Notes: generated from the letters alone by a model not told the origin. A DNA stretch of 64,000 nucleotides from Burkholderiales bacterium (GCA_049582045.1 JBAUTD010000559.1:11720-75719); one strand, 5' to 3'. Counted from the stretch's first letter, positions 1-12,666 are shown. Made by a program: numbers and translations.

Positions 1-1038
1 CAGGTTCAGAAGAATTCGTGGGATATGGTCGTAGACTGGCTTGCCGCCGGCGTCGACCCCAACCAAGCGACCCTGTTCGTCCAGTCCCTGGTGCCGGAGC
101 ATTCGGAACTGCATCTGCTGCTTTCGATGATGACGCCGCTCGGTTGGCTCGAGAGGGTGCCGACCTACAAGGACCAGCAGGAAAAGCTCTCGGATCGCGA
201 TCTTTCGACCTACGGCTTTCTTGGCTACCCGCTGCTGCAATCCGCGGATATCCTCATCTATCGGGCCAAGTACGTGCCAGTGGGAGAGGACCAGGTTCCC
301 CACGTCGAGTTTACGCGCGAGGTGGCACGGCGCTTCAACCACCTTTACGGGCGCGAAGCTGGATTCGAGGACAAGGCGAAGGCCGCAGTAAAGAAGATGG
401 GATCGAAGAAGGCTCGGGTGTTCAACGACCTACGGACGAAATTCCTCGAGCAGGGAGACGTCGAGGCGTTGCAGCGCGCACAGGCGCTCTTGGAGGAGCA
501 GCAGAACCTGCCGCGCGGCGATCGAGAGCGCCTGTTCGGTTGGCTCGAGGGAAGCGGCAAGAAGATCCTTGTGGAGCCAGACGCGCTGCTGACCGAGTCG
601 GCGCGCCTGCCGGGCCTGGACGGGCAGAAGATGTCCAAGTCTTACGGCAACGCTATTGAACTGCGCGACGAGCCGGAAACGGTTGCCAAGAAGATTCGAA
701 CCATGCCGACGGATCCGGCGCGTGTGAAGCGCAGCGACCCGGGCAATCCCGACGTCTGCCCGGTCTGGCAGCTGCATCTTGTCTACTCCGACCAGCCGCG
801 GAAGGACTGGGTGCGCCAGGGGTGCACGACAGCGGGGATCGGCTGCCTAGAATGCAAGCAGCCGGTAATCGATGCAGTGCAGGCGGAGCTCGCCCCGATG
901 CGTGAACGCGCCCAGACCTATCTCGATGACCCAACGCTGGTCAAGAACATCATTGCCGACGGCTGCGACCGTGCAAGCAAATTGGCCGGCGAGACCATGC
1001 GCGACGTGCGCGAGGCAATGGGTTTGAGCTACAACTGA
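1..1038 (+). CDS. trpS: tryptophan--tRNA ligase (TrpRS), 5'-truncated by window edge
   Basis: Frame 1 is open from nt 1 with no start in the window. Class I aaRS KMSKS loop 'GQKMSKSYGN' and TrpRS-like 'PVGEDQVPHVEFTREVARRFN' are present. TGA 1036-1038 shares 1 nt with the scpA ATG. Confidence 0.93.
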   Translation, partial: QVQKNSWDMVVDWLAAGVDPNQATLFVQSLVPEHSELHLLLSMMTPLGWLERVPTYKDQQEKLSDRDLSTYGFLGYPLLQSADILIYRAKYVPVGEDQVPHVEFTREVARRFNHLYGREAGFEDKAKAAVKKMGSKKARVFNDLRTKFLEQGDVEALQRAQALLEEQQNLPRGDRERLFGWLEGSGKKILVEPDALLTESARLPGLDGQKMSKSYGNAIELRDEPETVAKKIRTMPTDPARVKRSDPGNPDVCPVWQLHLVYSDQPRKDWVRQGCTTAGIGCLECKQPVIDAVQAELAPMRERAQTYLDDPTLVKNIIADGCDRASKLAGETMRDVREAMGLSYN

Positions 1039-1844
1039 TGTCAGAGCCCGTCCAACAGACTATCGCCACGCCAATCGCGCGCCTCTACGGCGAGCCGCTG
1101 GCCGAGTTCCCGCACGACCTGTACATCCCGCCAGATGCGCTCGAAGTGATTCTGGAGGCATTCGAAGGGCCCCTCGACCTCTTGCTGTACCTGATCCGCA
1201 AGCAGAACCTCGATGTGCTGGATATCCCGATGGCGCCGCTCACGCGCCAATATCTGGAGTACGTCGAGATGATGCGCTCGAAGAACCTGGAGCTTGCCGC
1301 CGAGTATCTGGTCATGGCGGCCATGCTCATGGCCATCAAGTCGCGCATGCTGCTCCCTCGACCGCCGTCTCTGGCCGAGGAGGAAGAAGATCCGCGCGCC
1401 GAGCTGGTCAGGCGCCTGCTCGAATACGAGCAGATCAAGCAGGCGGCCCACAGGCTGGACGCGCTGCCCCAGGTTGGGCGCGATATCGTCGCAATCTCGG
1501 TCTGGATTGAAAAGACAGTCGAGGAGCGCTTGCCTGAAGTCGATGCGCGCGATCTGGCGGAAGCATGGCGCGGCCTGCTCACGCGCGCGCGCCTCGCCGC
1601 GCACCACCGCGTTTCGCGCGAGGAGTTGTCAGTGCGCGCGCACATGAGCGCAATACTGCGGCGGCTGCGCGAGCATCGAGTGCTAGAGTTTTCCGAGCTG
1701 TTCGACCCGGCGCGTGGTGTCGCGGTCCTGGTGGTGAATTTCCTCGCGCTGCTGGAGTTGGCCCGCGAGCTGTTGATCGAAATCACTCAGTCCGAATGTT
1801 TCGCGCCCATCTACGTAAAATTAGCGAATGCTGAGCCCCACTGA
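1038..1844 (+). CDS. scpA: segregation and condensation protein A (kleisin)
   Basis: 268 aa with ScpA-type N-terminus '[35 protein letters not shown]'. scpB follows directly. Confidence 0.92.
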   Translation: MSEPVQQTIATPIARLYGEPLAEFPHDLYIPPDALEVILEAFEGPLDLLLYLIRKQNLDVLDIPMAPLTRQYLEYVEMMRSKNLELAAEYLVMAAMLMAIKSRMLLPRPPSLAEEEEDPRAELVRRLLEYEQIKQAAHRLDALPQVGRDIVAISVWIEKTVEERLPEVDARDLAEAWRGLLTRARLAAHHRVSREELSVRAHMSAILRRLREHRVLEFSELFDPARGVAVLVVNFLALLELARELLIEITQSECFAPIYVKLANAEPH

Positions 1845-2445
1845 AGTCAAACGTGTTATTGAGGCGGCGTTGCTTTCCTCGCGCGAACCGCTTTCGCTCA
1901 TTGATCTGAGACGTCTGTTTGACGAAGAAATCGGAGCGGACACGCTGCGGCGACTGCTAGGCGAATTGCGCGAGGAATGGCGTGATCGCGCTGTCGAGCT
2001 GGTGAACCTCGCGAGCGGCTGGCGATTCCAGACGCGGCCCGAATTCCAGAATTACGTCGATCGCCTGAATCCGGAGCGGCTGCCACGTTATTCCCGTGCC
2101 GTGATGGAGACGCTCGCGATCATCGCGTATCGACAACCGGTGACCCGGGGGGACATAGAGGACATCCGCGGCGTCGCGGTCTCGGCGCAGATCATCCAGA
2201 CGCTCGAGACCCGGGGCTGGATCGACACAGTCGGGCACCGCGAGACTCCCGGCCGACCGGCGCTGTACGCGACGACCAAAGCGTTTCTCGACGACCTTGG
2301 GCTGCGCTCGCTCGAGGAACTGCCGCCGCTCGAGGAAATTGCCAGGACACTGCAAATTGAACCCGCCACGGCCCAGACCGACGCCAGCGACACGCAGGCG
2401 GCAGCCACGCCGGCAGAGCACGTCGAATCCACAACCGGCGCCTGA
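1828..2445 (+). CDS. scpB: segregation and condensation protein B
   Basis: 205 aa with '[14 protein letters not shown]' and '[24 protein letters not shown]' winged-helix pattern. It overlaps the scpA end by 17 nt. Confidence 0.9.
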   Translation: MLSPTEVKRVIEAALLSSREPLSLIDLRRLFDEEIGADTLRRLLGELREEWRDRAVELVNLASGWRFQTRPEFQNYVDRLNPERLPRYSRAVMETLAIIAYRQPVTRGDIEDIRGVAVSAQIIQTLETRGWIDTVGHRETPGRPALYATTKAFLDDLGLRSLEELPPLEEIARTLQIEPATAQTDASDTQAAATPAEHVESTTGA

Positions 2446-3193
2446 GGCGGGCGGGGCGGAACGCCTGCAGAAGCTGCTTGCCGCAGCCGGACTCGGTTCG
2501 CGGCGCGAAATAGAGGGCTGGATCAGCGCTGGCCGCGTGTCGGTGGATGGGCGAATCGCGCAGCTGGGAGATCGGGCAACTTCGGCGAGCCGAGTATGCG
2601 TCGATGGCGAGCCGGTTGCCATGCGCGAGACATCCGGGCTACCACGTGTACTGCTCTATCACAAGCCGATCGGAGAGCTCGTCACCCGTCAAGATCCGGG
2701 CGGTCGCCCAACTGTATTCGCGCGGCTGCCTGCAGTAGGAGGTGGCAAGTGGGCTGCCGTCGGTCGACTGGACATAAACACTTCGGGGCTATTGCTATTC
2801 ACTAATTCGGGGGAACTCGCCAATCGGATGATGCACCCCAGATATGGGATGGTGCGCGAGTACGCGGTCCGCGCGTTGGGGCGCCTCGGTCCTGCGGAGC
2901 GGCGCCGGTTGCTGCAAGGGGTCGAGCTCGACGACGGTAGGGCGGCGTTCGAGCGGATCGATGCGCACAATGGCGACACGGGAGCCAATCGCTGGTACAG
3001 CGTGGCACTACGCGAAGGGCGCAATCGCGAGGTCCGGCGGCTTTTCGAGGCGGTGGGTCTGCGAGTAAGCCGATTGGTACGGACCGCCTTCGGGCCTGTT
3101 CGCCTGCCGCGGGACCTTGAGCCAGGACAGTGGCGCGAACTCGAGCCGCAAAGAGTACGTGAATTGCTGACTGCGCCCACACCTGCGGGGTAA
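2297..3193 (+). CDS. rluB: 23S rRNA pseudouridine synthase RluB family (start codon unresolved; maximal ORF given)
   Basis: S4 domain '[31 protein letters not shown]' and catalytic-Asp motif '[16 protein letters not shown]'. There is no ATG or GTG upstream of the S4 domain. In-frame TTGs at 2297, 2339 and 2357 all lie inside scpB, and a CTG sits at 2465. Confidence 0.85.
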   Translation: MGCARSRNCRRSRKLPGHCKLNPPRPRPTPATRRRQPRRQSTSNPQPAPEAGGAERLQKLLAAAGLGSRREIEGWISAGRVSVDGRIAQLGDRATSASRVCVDGEPVAMRETSGLPRVLLYHKPIGELVTRQDPGGRPTVFARLPAVGGGKWAAVGRLDINTSGLLLFTNSGELANRMMHPRYGMVREYAVRALGRLGPAERRRLLQGVELDDGRAAFERIDAHNGDTGANRWYSVALREGRNREVRRLFEAVGLRVSRLVRTAFGPVRLPRDLEPGQWRELEPQRVRELLTAPTPAG

Positions 3194-3294
3194 CGGGCGC
3201 CTTCGGTCGGCAGGATTGTCCGTCGCACGAAAATCTGTTAAACTTCAAAAGCTTTAGGGCCCCATAGGCATTGATTGGGGTCCGACAAGGCGCG

Positions 3295-3320
3295 ATGGGC
3301 TTCGGCCCATTTTTTGTTTG
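3295..3320 (+). terminator. intrinsic-terminator-like hairpin (rluB terminator and/or rimP-nusA-infB leader attenuator)
   Basis: ATGGGC-TTCG-GCCCAT stem-loop (3295-3310) followed by TTTTTGTTTG. The T-tract ends 17 nt before the rimP ATG. A second hairpin at 3257-3283 lies just upstream. Confidence 0.6.
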
Positions 3321-3337
3321 CGCAGCCGAACGGGTAT

Positions 3338-3772
3338 ATGGGGGCGATCGCCGGCGTAGTGGAGCCCGCCGTGGCGGGGCTGGGTTTTGAGCTGGTCGAC
3401 ACCCAGGTGTCGAGCAGAGGGCGGATGGTGCGCGTTTTCATCGACAAGCCGGGAGGCGTGTCGGTGGACGATTGCGCCGACGTCAGCCACCACCTGACGC
3501 GTGTTTTCGCGGTCGAGGGGATTGATTTCGACCGCCTCGAGGTTTCTTCGCCGGGCCTCGATCGGCCGCTGCGCAAGGCCGCGGACTTTGCGCGGTTCGC
3601 CGGTCAGAAGGTGGATGTGCGTATGCGGGCGCCGGACGCGAGCGGCAGACGCCGCTTCGTCGGAACGCTGCAGGAAACGACGGGCGAGGTCGTGACGGTA
3701 GTCGTCGACGGCCAGGCGATTGAGTTGAGTCTCGCAGGCATGGAACGGGCGCGGCTAGTTCCGGACTTGTGA
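3338..3772 (+). CDS. rimP: ribosome maturation factor RimP
   Basis: 'VEPAVAGLGFELVD', 'VDDCADVSHHL' and 'LEVSSPGLDRPL' match the RimP pattern. The track ORF start (TTG 3275) would include the terminator hairpin, so ATG 3338 was chosen. Confidence 0.9.
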   Translation: MGAIAGVVEPAVAGLGFELVDTQVSSRGRMVRVFIDKPGGVSVDDCADVSHHLTRVFAVEGIDFDRLEVSSPGLDRPLRKAADFARFAGQKVDVRMRAPDASGRRRFVGTLQETTGEVVTVVVDGQAIELSLAGMERARLVPDL

Positions 3773-3790
3773 GTAATTTGGAGATATTCA

Positions 3791-5305
3791 ATGAGTCGTG
3801 AAATTCTGCTTCTTGTGGATGCCCTGGCGCGAGAGAAGAACGTCAATCGCGACGTTGTATTTGCGGCGCTGGAAATGGCGCTTGCCTCGGCCACCAAGAA
3901 GCGCTTCAGCGACGACGTCGAGGTGCGGGTCGCGATCGATCGCAACACCGGGAACTACGAATCGTTCAGGCGCTGGAAGGTGGTCCCGGACGACGTGCTG
4001 GAAATTCCGGCAGCGCAGATCACACTGTCTGAGGCGCAAGGGCGTAACCCCGAGCTCAAGCTCGACGACTACGTGGAAGAAGCGCTCGAACCGATCGAGT
4101 TCGGCCGCATCGGGGCGCAGACAGCCAAGCAGGTGATTCTGCAGCGCATTCGCGATGCAGAGCGGGAGCAGATTCTGAACGACTTCCTCTCGCGAGGCGA
4201 TGAACTGGTCACCGGCACTGTGAAGCGGATGGAGCGCGGCAGCGCAATCGTCGAGTCGGGGCGGCTAGAGGCGCTGCTGCCGCGTGATCAGATGATTCCA
4301 AAGGAAAACCTGCGCATTGGAGATCGGGTCAGGGCCTGGGTGATGAAGATCGACCGGGGCGCGCGCGGGCCGCAACTCATACTCTCGCGCACGGCCCCGC
4401 AATTCATCATGAAGCTATTCGAGCTCGAAGTTCCGGAAATCGAGGAAGGCTTGCTGGAAATCAAGTCTGCCGCGCGCGATCCGGGGATTCGGGCAAAGAT
4501 CGGCGTGCATTCGAACGACAAGCGCATCGACCCCATCGGCACATGCGTGGGCATGCGAGGCTCGCGCGTGCAGGCCGTCACGCAGGAATTGGCGGGCGAA
4601 CGGGTCGACATCGTGCTTTGGTCTGCGGATCCGGCGCAATTCGTGATAGGTGCGCTGGCGCCCGCGGAAGTATCGTCGATCGTGGTGGATGAAGAAAAGC
4701 ATGCAATGGATGTCGTGGTGGATGAGGAGAATCTCGCCATCGCAATCGGCCGCAGCGGACAGAACGTGCGGCTCGCCTCGGAGCTTACGGCATGGCAGAT
4801 CAACTTGATGACGGAGGAAGAGTCGGCCACCAAGCAGGCCGAGGAAAGCGGTCGTACGCGCAATCTGTTCATCGAGCGACTCGACGTCGATGAGGAGGTC
4901 GCCGACATCCTGATTCAGGAAGGTTTCTCGACGCTGGAGGAAATTGCGTACGTGCCGATCAACGAGTTGCTCGAAATCGAGGCGTTTGACGAGGACACCG
5001 TCAACGAGCTTCGCAATCGCGCACGCAACGCACTGCTGGTCGCGGCGATCGCGAACGAGGAGAAAGTCGAGGGAGTGGCCGCGGACCTTCTCCAGCTGGA
5101 GGGCATGGATACCCAACTGGCCGCCAAGCTTGCGGAGGGCGGCGTGAAGACGCGCGATGATCTCGGCGATCTCGCAGTCGACGAGCTTGCGGAGCTCAGC
5201 GGGATCGACGAGGAGCGCGCGAAGACCTTGATCATGGCGGCGCGTGCGCACTGGTTCGCGGACGAACCCGCCACGGGTGAGGCAGAGCACAAGGAGGTTC
5301 AGTAA
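3791..5305 (+). CDS. nusA: transcription termination/antitermination factor NusA
   Basis: 504 aa with N-terminus '[18 protein letters not shown]', S1/KH region and an acidic C-terminal repeat region. It sits in the conserved rimP-nusA-infB order. Confidence 0.96.
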   Translation: MSREILLLVDALAREKNVNRDVVFAALEMALASATKKRFSDDVEVRVAIDRNTGNYESFRRWKVVPDDVLEIPAAQITLSEAQGRNPELKLDDYVEEALEPIEFGRIGAQTAKQVILQRIRDAEREQILNDFLSRGDELVTGTVKRMERGSAIVESGRLEALLPRDQMIPKENLRIGDRVRAWVMKIDRGARGPQLILSRTAPQFIMKLFELEVPEIEEGLLEIKSAARDPGIRAKIGVHSNDKRIDPIGTCVGMRGSRVQAVTQELAGERVDIVLWSADPAQFVIGALAPAEVSSIVVDEEKHAMDVVVDEENLAIAIGRSGQNVRLASELTAWQINLMTEEESATKQAEESGRTRNLFIERLDVDEEVADILIQEGFSTLEEIAYVPINELLEIEAFDEDTVNELRNRARNALLVAAIANEEKVEGVAADLLQLEGMDTQLAAKLAEGGVKTRDDLGDLAVDELAELSGIDEERAKTLIMAARAHWFADEPATGEAEHKEVQ

Positions 5306-5306
5306 C

Positions 5307-7898
<2,592 letters not shown>

Positions 7899-7906
7899 CG
7901 ATCGGC

Positions 7907-8263
7907 ATGGTGCGACGCAGCGGACGTGCACAGAAGGTCGGGGACCAGATACAGCGGGAGCTCTCCTCGATTCTGCACCGCGAGCTGCGCGACCCTAGGG
8001 TTGGGATGATCACGCTGACCGGTGTCGAAGTTTCACCGGACTGCGCTCACGCGACAGTGTTCTTTACCTGCCTCGACGCCTCGCACGTTCCGGCGGCAAT
8101 CGAGGGCTTGCGGCGCGCAGGAGGCTTTCTGCGAACGCAATTGGCGAAACGCATCAAACTCTACACGGCGCCGGAGCTTCGGTTCGCATACGATGAGTCG
8201 ATCGAGCGCGGAGCTCATCTGTCGAAACTCATCGACAGCGTCACCGGCGGACAGAAGCGCTGA
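7907..8263 (+). CDS. rbfA: ribosome-binding factor A
   Basis: 'RAQKVGDQIQRELSSILHRELRDPRVGMITLTGVEVSPD' is typical RbfA. ATG 7907 lies 8 nt after the infB stop. Confidence 0.93.
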   Translation: MVRRSGRAQKVGDQIQRELSSILHRELRDPRVGMITLTGVEVSPDCAHATVFFTCLDASHVPAAIEGLRRAGGFLRTQLAKRIKLYTAPELRFAYDESIERGAHLSKLIDSVTGGQKR

Positions 8264-8280
8264 GCCGCGCGGGTCCTAGC

Positions 8281-9213
8281 ATGCGCCGCCGGGTGGACGC
8301 GGCCCTTCTATTGGACAAACCGGTCGGCCTCAGCTCGAACGCGGCGCTGCAGGCAGTCAAGCGTTTGTTCGGAGCCGCCAAGGCGGGTCATGGCGGAACG
8401 CTGGATCCGCTCGCATCGGGACTGCTTCTGGTGCTGTTCGGTGATGCGACCAAGTTTGCAGGCTCGCAGCTGGACGCTGACAAGTGCTATCTCGCCACGG
8501 TTCGCCTCGGTGTGACGACTACAACCGGGGACTCTGAGGGCCAGATCATCGAGCAGCGGCCGGTGAGCGTTTCAGAGCCGCAGATCGACGCGGTCTTGGC
8601 GAAGTTTCGCGGCCCGATCTCGCAGATTCCGCCCATGTACTCCGCCCTCAAGCTGAAGGGCAAGCCCCTTTACGTTTTGGCGCGCGAAGGTAAGACCGTG
8701 GAGCGCCTCCCGCGCGCGATCTCGATTCACGAGCTGGTTCGGGTCTCGCTGCAGGGAGCCCTTCTTGAGCTGCGAGTTCGCTGCAGCAAGGGAACTTACG
8801 TGCGTAGTCTGGCGGAGGATATCGGAGCGGCGCTTGGCACCGGTGCGCACCTGGCCTCCCTGCGCCGCACTGGGTCAGGCGGCCTGTCGGTGGACGACGC
8901 GAGCACCCTCGAGGCGCTTGGAGAAATGACCGAGGATGAACGAGAACGCCGGCTCTTGCCGCTGGGAGCGTTGCTGGGCAATCTGCCCCGCATGGACTGC
9001 AGCGTCGAGCAGGAAGGACGCTTGCGCGACGGTCAGGCGATCAGAGTGGATCCCGGGCCGGCGGGGCAGTGCGCGCTGTACGGCCCGGTTGGACTGATCG
9101 GGCTGGGCTTGGCGGACGGGACAGGGTCGCTGCGACCGGTGAGACTGACCGCCCCGCCGGGGGAGACGGGACAGGCGCAACCGGCTGAAATACATAAAAA
9201 AACTTGTGAATAG
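8281..9213 (+). CDS. truB: tRNA pseudouridine(55) synthase TruB
   Basis: Catalytic motif '[14 protein letters not shown]' and conserved position after rbfA. Confidence 0.94.
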   Translation: MRRRVDAALLLDKPVGLSSNAALQAVKRLFGAAKAGHGGTLDPLASGLLLVLFGDATKFAGSQLDADKCYLATVRLGVTTTTGDSEGQIIEQRPVSVSEPQIDAVLAKFRGPISQIPPMYSALKLKGKPLYVLAREGKTVERLPRAISIHELVRVSLQGALLELRVRCSKGTYVRSLAEDIGAALGTGAHLASLRRTGSGGLSVDDASTLEALGEMTEDERERRLLPLGALLGNLPRMDCSVEQEGRLRDGQAIRVDPGPAGQCALYGPVGLIGLGLADGTGSLRPVRLTAPPGETGQAQPAEIHKKTCE

Positions 9214-9233
9214 CGTGCGGCTTGAGTTAAAAT
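9204..9233 (+). promoter_or_regulatory. candidate sigma70 promoter for rpsO
   Basis: TTGTGA (9204-9209), 18-nt spacer, TAAAAT (9228-9233), in the AT-rich 3' end of truB. This is hexamer matching only. Confidence 0.3.
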
Positions 9234-9256
9234 CCTGCTTCGCACGAGGAGAGAAT

Positions 9257-9526
9257 ATGGGATTGCAGGTAGCGCAGAAGGCGCAGGTTGTTCAACAGTT
9301 TCAACGCTCCGGTAAAGACACTGGCTCGCCGGAGGTGCAGATCGCACTTCTTACGGAGCGGATTAACGGCCTTTCCGAGCACTTCAAGAGCCATGTCAAG
9401 GATTTCCATTCGCGCCGCGGCCTGCTGAAGATGGTTAGCCAGCGACGTAAGTTGCTCGACTACCTGAAGCGCACCGACGCGGACAAGTATCGGGCGCTGA
9501 TCGAGCGGCTCGGCCTGCGTAAGTAG
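9257..9526 (+). CDS. rpsO: 30S ribosomal protein S15
   Basis: 89 aa with '[49 protein letters not shown]'. SD AGGAGAG (9247-9253) precedes ATG 9257. Confidence 0.97.
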   Translation: MGLQVAQKAQVVQQFQRSGKDTGSPEVQIALLTERINGLSEHFKSHVKDFHSRRGLLKMVSQRRKLLDYLKRTDADKYRALIERLGLRK

Positions 9527-9550
9527 CCTCTCTCTCGATGTATCGAAGGA

Positions 9551-9587
9551 AGACGCTCATTCAACAGATGAGCGTTTTCGTTTTTTG
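9551..9587 (+). terminator. rho-independent terminator after rpsO
   Basis: Stem ACGCTCAT (9553-9560) / ATGAGCGT (9568-9575), 7-nt loop, then TTTCGTTTTTT. Confidence 0.85.
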
Positions 9588-9594
9588 CGTCAGC

Positions 9595-9637
9595 CGCGAG
9601 CGCTGAGCGCCGCACCCTCGCGCCGCCAAGGCGGCGC
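9595..9637 (+). promoter_or_regulatory. GC-rich structured pnp leader (hairpins)
   Basis: CGCGAG (9595-9600) pairs with CTCGCG (9617-9622). A palindromic GCGCCGCC-AA-GGCGGCGC sits at 9620-9637, between the rpsO terminator and the pnp TTG start. Confidence 0.5.
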
Positions 9638-9662
9638 AGCTTGCATTTAGAGGAAACAAGCT

Positions 9663-11777
9663 TTGAATCCGATCAAGAAGACGTTCACATACGGTAACCA
9701 GCAGGTCACGTTCGAAACCGGCGAGATTGCTCGCCAGGCGCATGGCGCCGTGCTCTGCACCATCGACGACACGGTAGTACTAGCCACTGTCGTGGCGGCG
9801 AAGGAGGCCCGATCGGGACAGGATTTCTTCCCGCTGACAGTCGACTACGTCGAGAAGACTTATGCTGCCGGCAAGATTCCCGGGGGCTTCTTCAAGCGTG
9901 AAGGGCGTCCTTCCGAAAAGGAGACGCTCACTTGCAGGCTGATCGACCGCCCGATCCGGCCGTTGTTTCCGGACGGGTTCTACAACGAAGTGCAGGTCGT
10001 CGCCACCGTTATGTCGTGCAACCCCGAGGTCGACCCTGATATTCCCGCAATGCTCGGGGTTTCGGCCGCGCTCACCCTCTCCGGCATTCCGTTCAGCGGA
10101 CCGATCGGTGGTTGCCGGGTGGGTTATATCGATGGTCAATTTGTGCTCAATCCGACCACCACGCAGCTGAAGGATTCGAAACTAAATCTGGTTGTCGCCG
10201 GTACCGACCAGGGCGTGCTGATGGTGGAGTCCGAGGCATTGGAGTTGCCTGAGGACGTGATGCTCGGGGCGGTCGTGTTCGGCCACGAGCAGATGCAGGC
10301 GGCCATTCGCGCAATTGACGAACTGGCGGAAGTTGCCGGCAAGCCGGCCTGGGAAGTGCAGCTGCCGCAGAAGAACCAGGCCATGATCGCCCGAGTGGGC
10401 GAGCTGGCCGAAAAAGATCTGCGCGAAGCGTTCGAGATGCGCCAGAAGCAAACACGCAACGTGAGGCTGGGAGAGATTCGCAAGGCGACTCTCGCCAAAC
10501 TGCAAGAGGAGGCGAAAGACGCCGGAACCGAGATCAGTTCGAACGAGGTGAAGGAGATATTTTTCGACATCGAATCGAAGATCGTACGTAGTCAAATCCT
10601 CGACGGCGAGCCCCGCATCGATGGCCGGGATACGAGGACGGTCCGACCAATTACCATCCGGCCCGGAGTGCTGCCGCGTACTCACGGATCGGCGTTGTTC
10701 ACCCGCGGTGAAACGCAAGCCCTGGTCACCGTAACGCTCGGGACCGGACGGGACGAGCAGATCATCGACGCACTGATGGGCGAATACCGCGAGCGGTTCA
10801 TGCTGCACTACAACATGCCTCCCTACGCGACGGGCGAAACGGGGCGCATGGGTACGCCGAAACGGCGCGAGGTCGGCCATGGCCGGCTCGCCAAGCGGGC
10901 GCTGGCTGCGGTGTTGCCTACGGCAGAAGAGTTCGGTTATTCGATGCGGGTCGTGTCCGAGATCACCGAGTCGAATGGATCCTCCTCGATGGCGTCTGTG
11001 TGCGGCGGCAGCCTGGCACTGATGGACGCGGGCGTGCCGGTCAAGGCGCACGTCGCCGGCATCGCGATGGGCCTGATCAAGGAAGGCAAGCGCTTCGCGG
11101 TGCTTACAGACATTCTCGGCGACGAGGATCATCTCGGAGACATGGACTTCAAGGTGGCCGGCACTGACCGTGGGGTCACCGCGCTGCAGATGGACCTCAA
11201 GATCGAATCGATCACCAAGGAGATCATGCGCGTGGCGCTTGATCAGGCGCGGGAAGGCAGGCTGCACATCCTGGGCCTCATGCAGCAGGCAATGCAGCAT
11301 TCGCGCCAGGAGGTTTCGACCTTTGCGCCGCGCATCATCAAGATCAAGATCAATCCGGAGAAGATTCGCGACGTGATCGGCAAAGGCGGCGTCGTGATCC
11401 GCGGACTGCAGGAAGCGACGGGGGCAACGATCGAAATCGAGGATGACGGCACCGTATCGATCGCCTCGACAAGCGCCGAGGGCGGCGAGGCGGCAAAGCA
11501 GAAGATCCTCGAGCTGACCGCGGACGTCGAGGTAGGCAAGATCTACGAAGGTCCGGTACTGAGATTGCTCGATTTCGGCGCGATCATTCAGCTGCTGCCC
11601 GGACGCGACGGCCTGCTGCATATCTCGCAGATAAGCAACGAGCGAGTAAATGCGGTCTCCGACTACCTCAAGGAAGGGCAGATCGTGAAGGTGAAGGTGC
11701 TCGAAGCCGACGACAAGGGCAGGGTACGCCTGTCGATGAAGGCCGTGAATCCACCCGAGACGGCAAAGCAGAGCTGA
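9663..11777 (+). CDS. pnp: polyribonucleotide nucleotidyltransferase (PNPase)
   Basis: 704 aa from a TTG start, with two RNase PH domains ('[21 protein letters not shown]') and KH plus S1 C-terminal domains. Confidence 0.97.
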   Translation: MNPIKKTFTYGNQQVTFETGEIARQAHGAVLCTIDDTVVLATVVAAKEARSGQDFFPLTVDYVEKTYAAGKIPGGFFKREGRPSEKETLTCRLIDRPIRPLFPDGFYNEVQVVATVMSCNPEVDPDIPAMLGVSAALTLSGIPFSGPIGGCRVGYIDGQFVLNPTTTQLKDSKLNLVVAGTDQGVLMVESEALELPEDVMLGAVVFGHEQMQAAIRAIDELAEVAGKPAWEVQLPQKNQAMIARVGELAEKDLREAFEMRQKQTRNVRLGEIRKATLAKLQEEAKDAGTEISSNEVKEIFFDIESKIVRSQILDGEPRIDGRDTRTVRPITIRPGVLPRTHGSALFTRGETQALVTVTLGTGRDEQIIDALMGEYRERFMLHYNMPPYATGETGRMGTPKRREVGHGRLAKRALAAVLPTAEEFGYSMRVVSEITESNGSSSMASVCGGSLALMDAGVPVKAHVAGIAMGLIKEGKRFAVLTDILGDEDHLGDMDFKVAGTDRGVTALQMDLKIESITKEIMRVALDQAREGRLHILGLMQQAMQHSRQEVSTFAPRIIKIKINPEKIRDVIGKGGVVIRGLQEATGATIEIEDDGTVSIASTSAEGGEAAKQKILELTADVEVGKIYEGPVLRLLDFGAIIQLLPGRDGLLHISQISNERVNAVSDYLKEGQIVKVKVLEADDKGRVRLSMKAVNPPETAKQS

Positions 11778-11798
11778 GTCGCGCCCGCGGCTTCGGGG

Positions 11799-11829
11799 AA
11801 AAAAAGAGGGCGCCTAGGCGCCCTTTTTC
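11799..11829. terminator. bidirectional rho-independent terminator between convergent pnp and dksA
   Basis: AAAAAAAGAGGGCGCC-TA-GGCGCCCTTTTT: a GC stem flanked by an A-tract on one side and a T-tract on the other. Confidence 0.85.
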
Positions 11830-11853
11830 ATGGAATGCGGTGCCCGGCGTTGC

Positions 11854-12279
11854 CTACTTGGCGACCTGCTTCTCGCGCAACTCGTCCAAGGTCTTGCAGT
11901 CTATGCATAGCGTCGCAGTCGGACGGGCCTCGAGGCGCTTCAGTCCGATCTCCACTCCGCAGCTGTCGCAGTAGCCGTATTCGTTCGCATCGATGCGGCC
12001 GATCGTTTCATCGATCTTCTTGATCAGTTTTCGCTCCCGGTCGCGGTTGCGAAGTTCCAACGCCATATCGGATTCCTGGCTGGCTCGGTCATTCGGGTCC
12101 GCGAACACGGTCGCTTCGTCCTGCATGGTATGAACCGTGCGATCGATCTCTTCCGACAGCTCGGCCTTAAGCTGCTCGAGGATCTTCCGGAAGTGGGTGC
12201 GCTGGCGCGCGTTCATATACTCTTCGCCCTTCTTCGGTGCGTACGGCGTGAAGCTCTTCCGGGTCAGTTCGACGGCCAT
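11854..12279 (-). CDS. dksA: RNA polymerase-binding transcription factor DksA
   Basis: Coiled-coil region plus C4 zinc finger 'CDSCGVEIGLKRLEARPTATLCIDC'. ATG 12279 is preferred over the track's TTG at 12339. Confidence 0.9.
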   Translation of the reverse strand: MAVELTRKSFTPYAPKKGEEYMNARQRTHFRKILEQLKAELSEEIDRTVHTMQDEATVFADPNDRASQESDMALELRNRDRERKLIKKIDETIGRIDANEYGYCDSCGVEIGLKRLEARPTATLCIDCKTLDELREKQVAK

Positions 12280-12385
12280 TGATGCAGATGCCTGGAAAAA
12301 GGAAAGGCGCTTTTTAGCAGAAATAGACCCCTGCCGCAAGCAAACTCGGACCGTGCTTATATCCCAGTTCTTTCACGGAGTTGCG

Positions 12386-12414
12386 TTGCTCCGCTGGCTC
12401 TCCCGGAGTATCAT
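12386..12414 (+). promoter_or_regulatory. candidate sigma70 promoter of the tRNA cluster
   Basis: TTGCTC (12386-12391), 17-nt spacer, TATCAT (12409-12414), then a GC-rich discriminator GTGCGACC. The first tRNA starts at 12429. Confidence 0.5.
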
Positions 12415-12428
12415 GTGCGACCGTTTTT

Positions 12429-12505
12429 CGGGGTGTGGCGCAGTCTGGTAGCGCGCTTGCTTTGGGAGCAAGATGTCGGGAGTTCGAATCTCTCCACCCC
12501 GACCA
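12429..12505 (+). tRNA. tRNA-Pro (anticodon TGG)
   Basis: Hand-folded cloverleaf, 77 nt: acceptor CGGGGTG/CACCCCG, D stem GCGC/GCGC, anticodon stem CTTGC/GCAAG with loop TTTGGGA, T loop TTCGAAT, encoded CCA. Confidence 0.93.
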
Positions 12506-12518
12506 GCTTCGCAGGCGG

Positions 12519-12595
12519 CTGCCCGTAGCTCAACCGGATAGAGCACCAGCCTTCTAAGCTGGGGGTTGTGGGTTCGAGTCCCGCCGGGCAGGCCA
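12519..12595 (+). tRNA. tRNA-Arg (anticodon TCT)
   Basis: Hand-folded, 77 nt: acceptor CTGCCCG/CGGGCAG (C1:G72), D stem GCTC/GAGC, anticodon stem CCAGC/GCTGG with loop CTTCTAA, T loop TTCGAGT, discriminator G, encoded CCA. Confidence 0.9.
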
Positions 12596-12666
12596 GAATC
12601 GCGTCTGCGACGGTGCTGCGTGGCGGGTGCAGGTTTAGGCGGCGGATTGAGCAGTTGTGTTTCGAC

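Noticed and set aside
9214-9246. Hairpin CGTGCG...CGCACG just upstream of the rpsO SD, considered as an S15 autoregulatory structure
   Set aside because: It is only a 6-bp stem with a 21-nt loop. It also conflicts with the promoter candidate at 9204-9233, whose transcript would start inside it. I cannot choose between the two without 5'-end data, so it is not called as a feature.
10182-11621. 479-aa minus-strand ORF
   Set aside because: It is antisense to pnp and has no motifs, whereas pnp is unambiguous on the plus strand.
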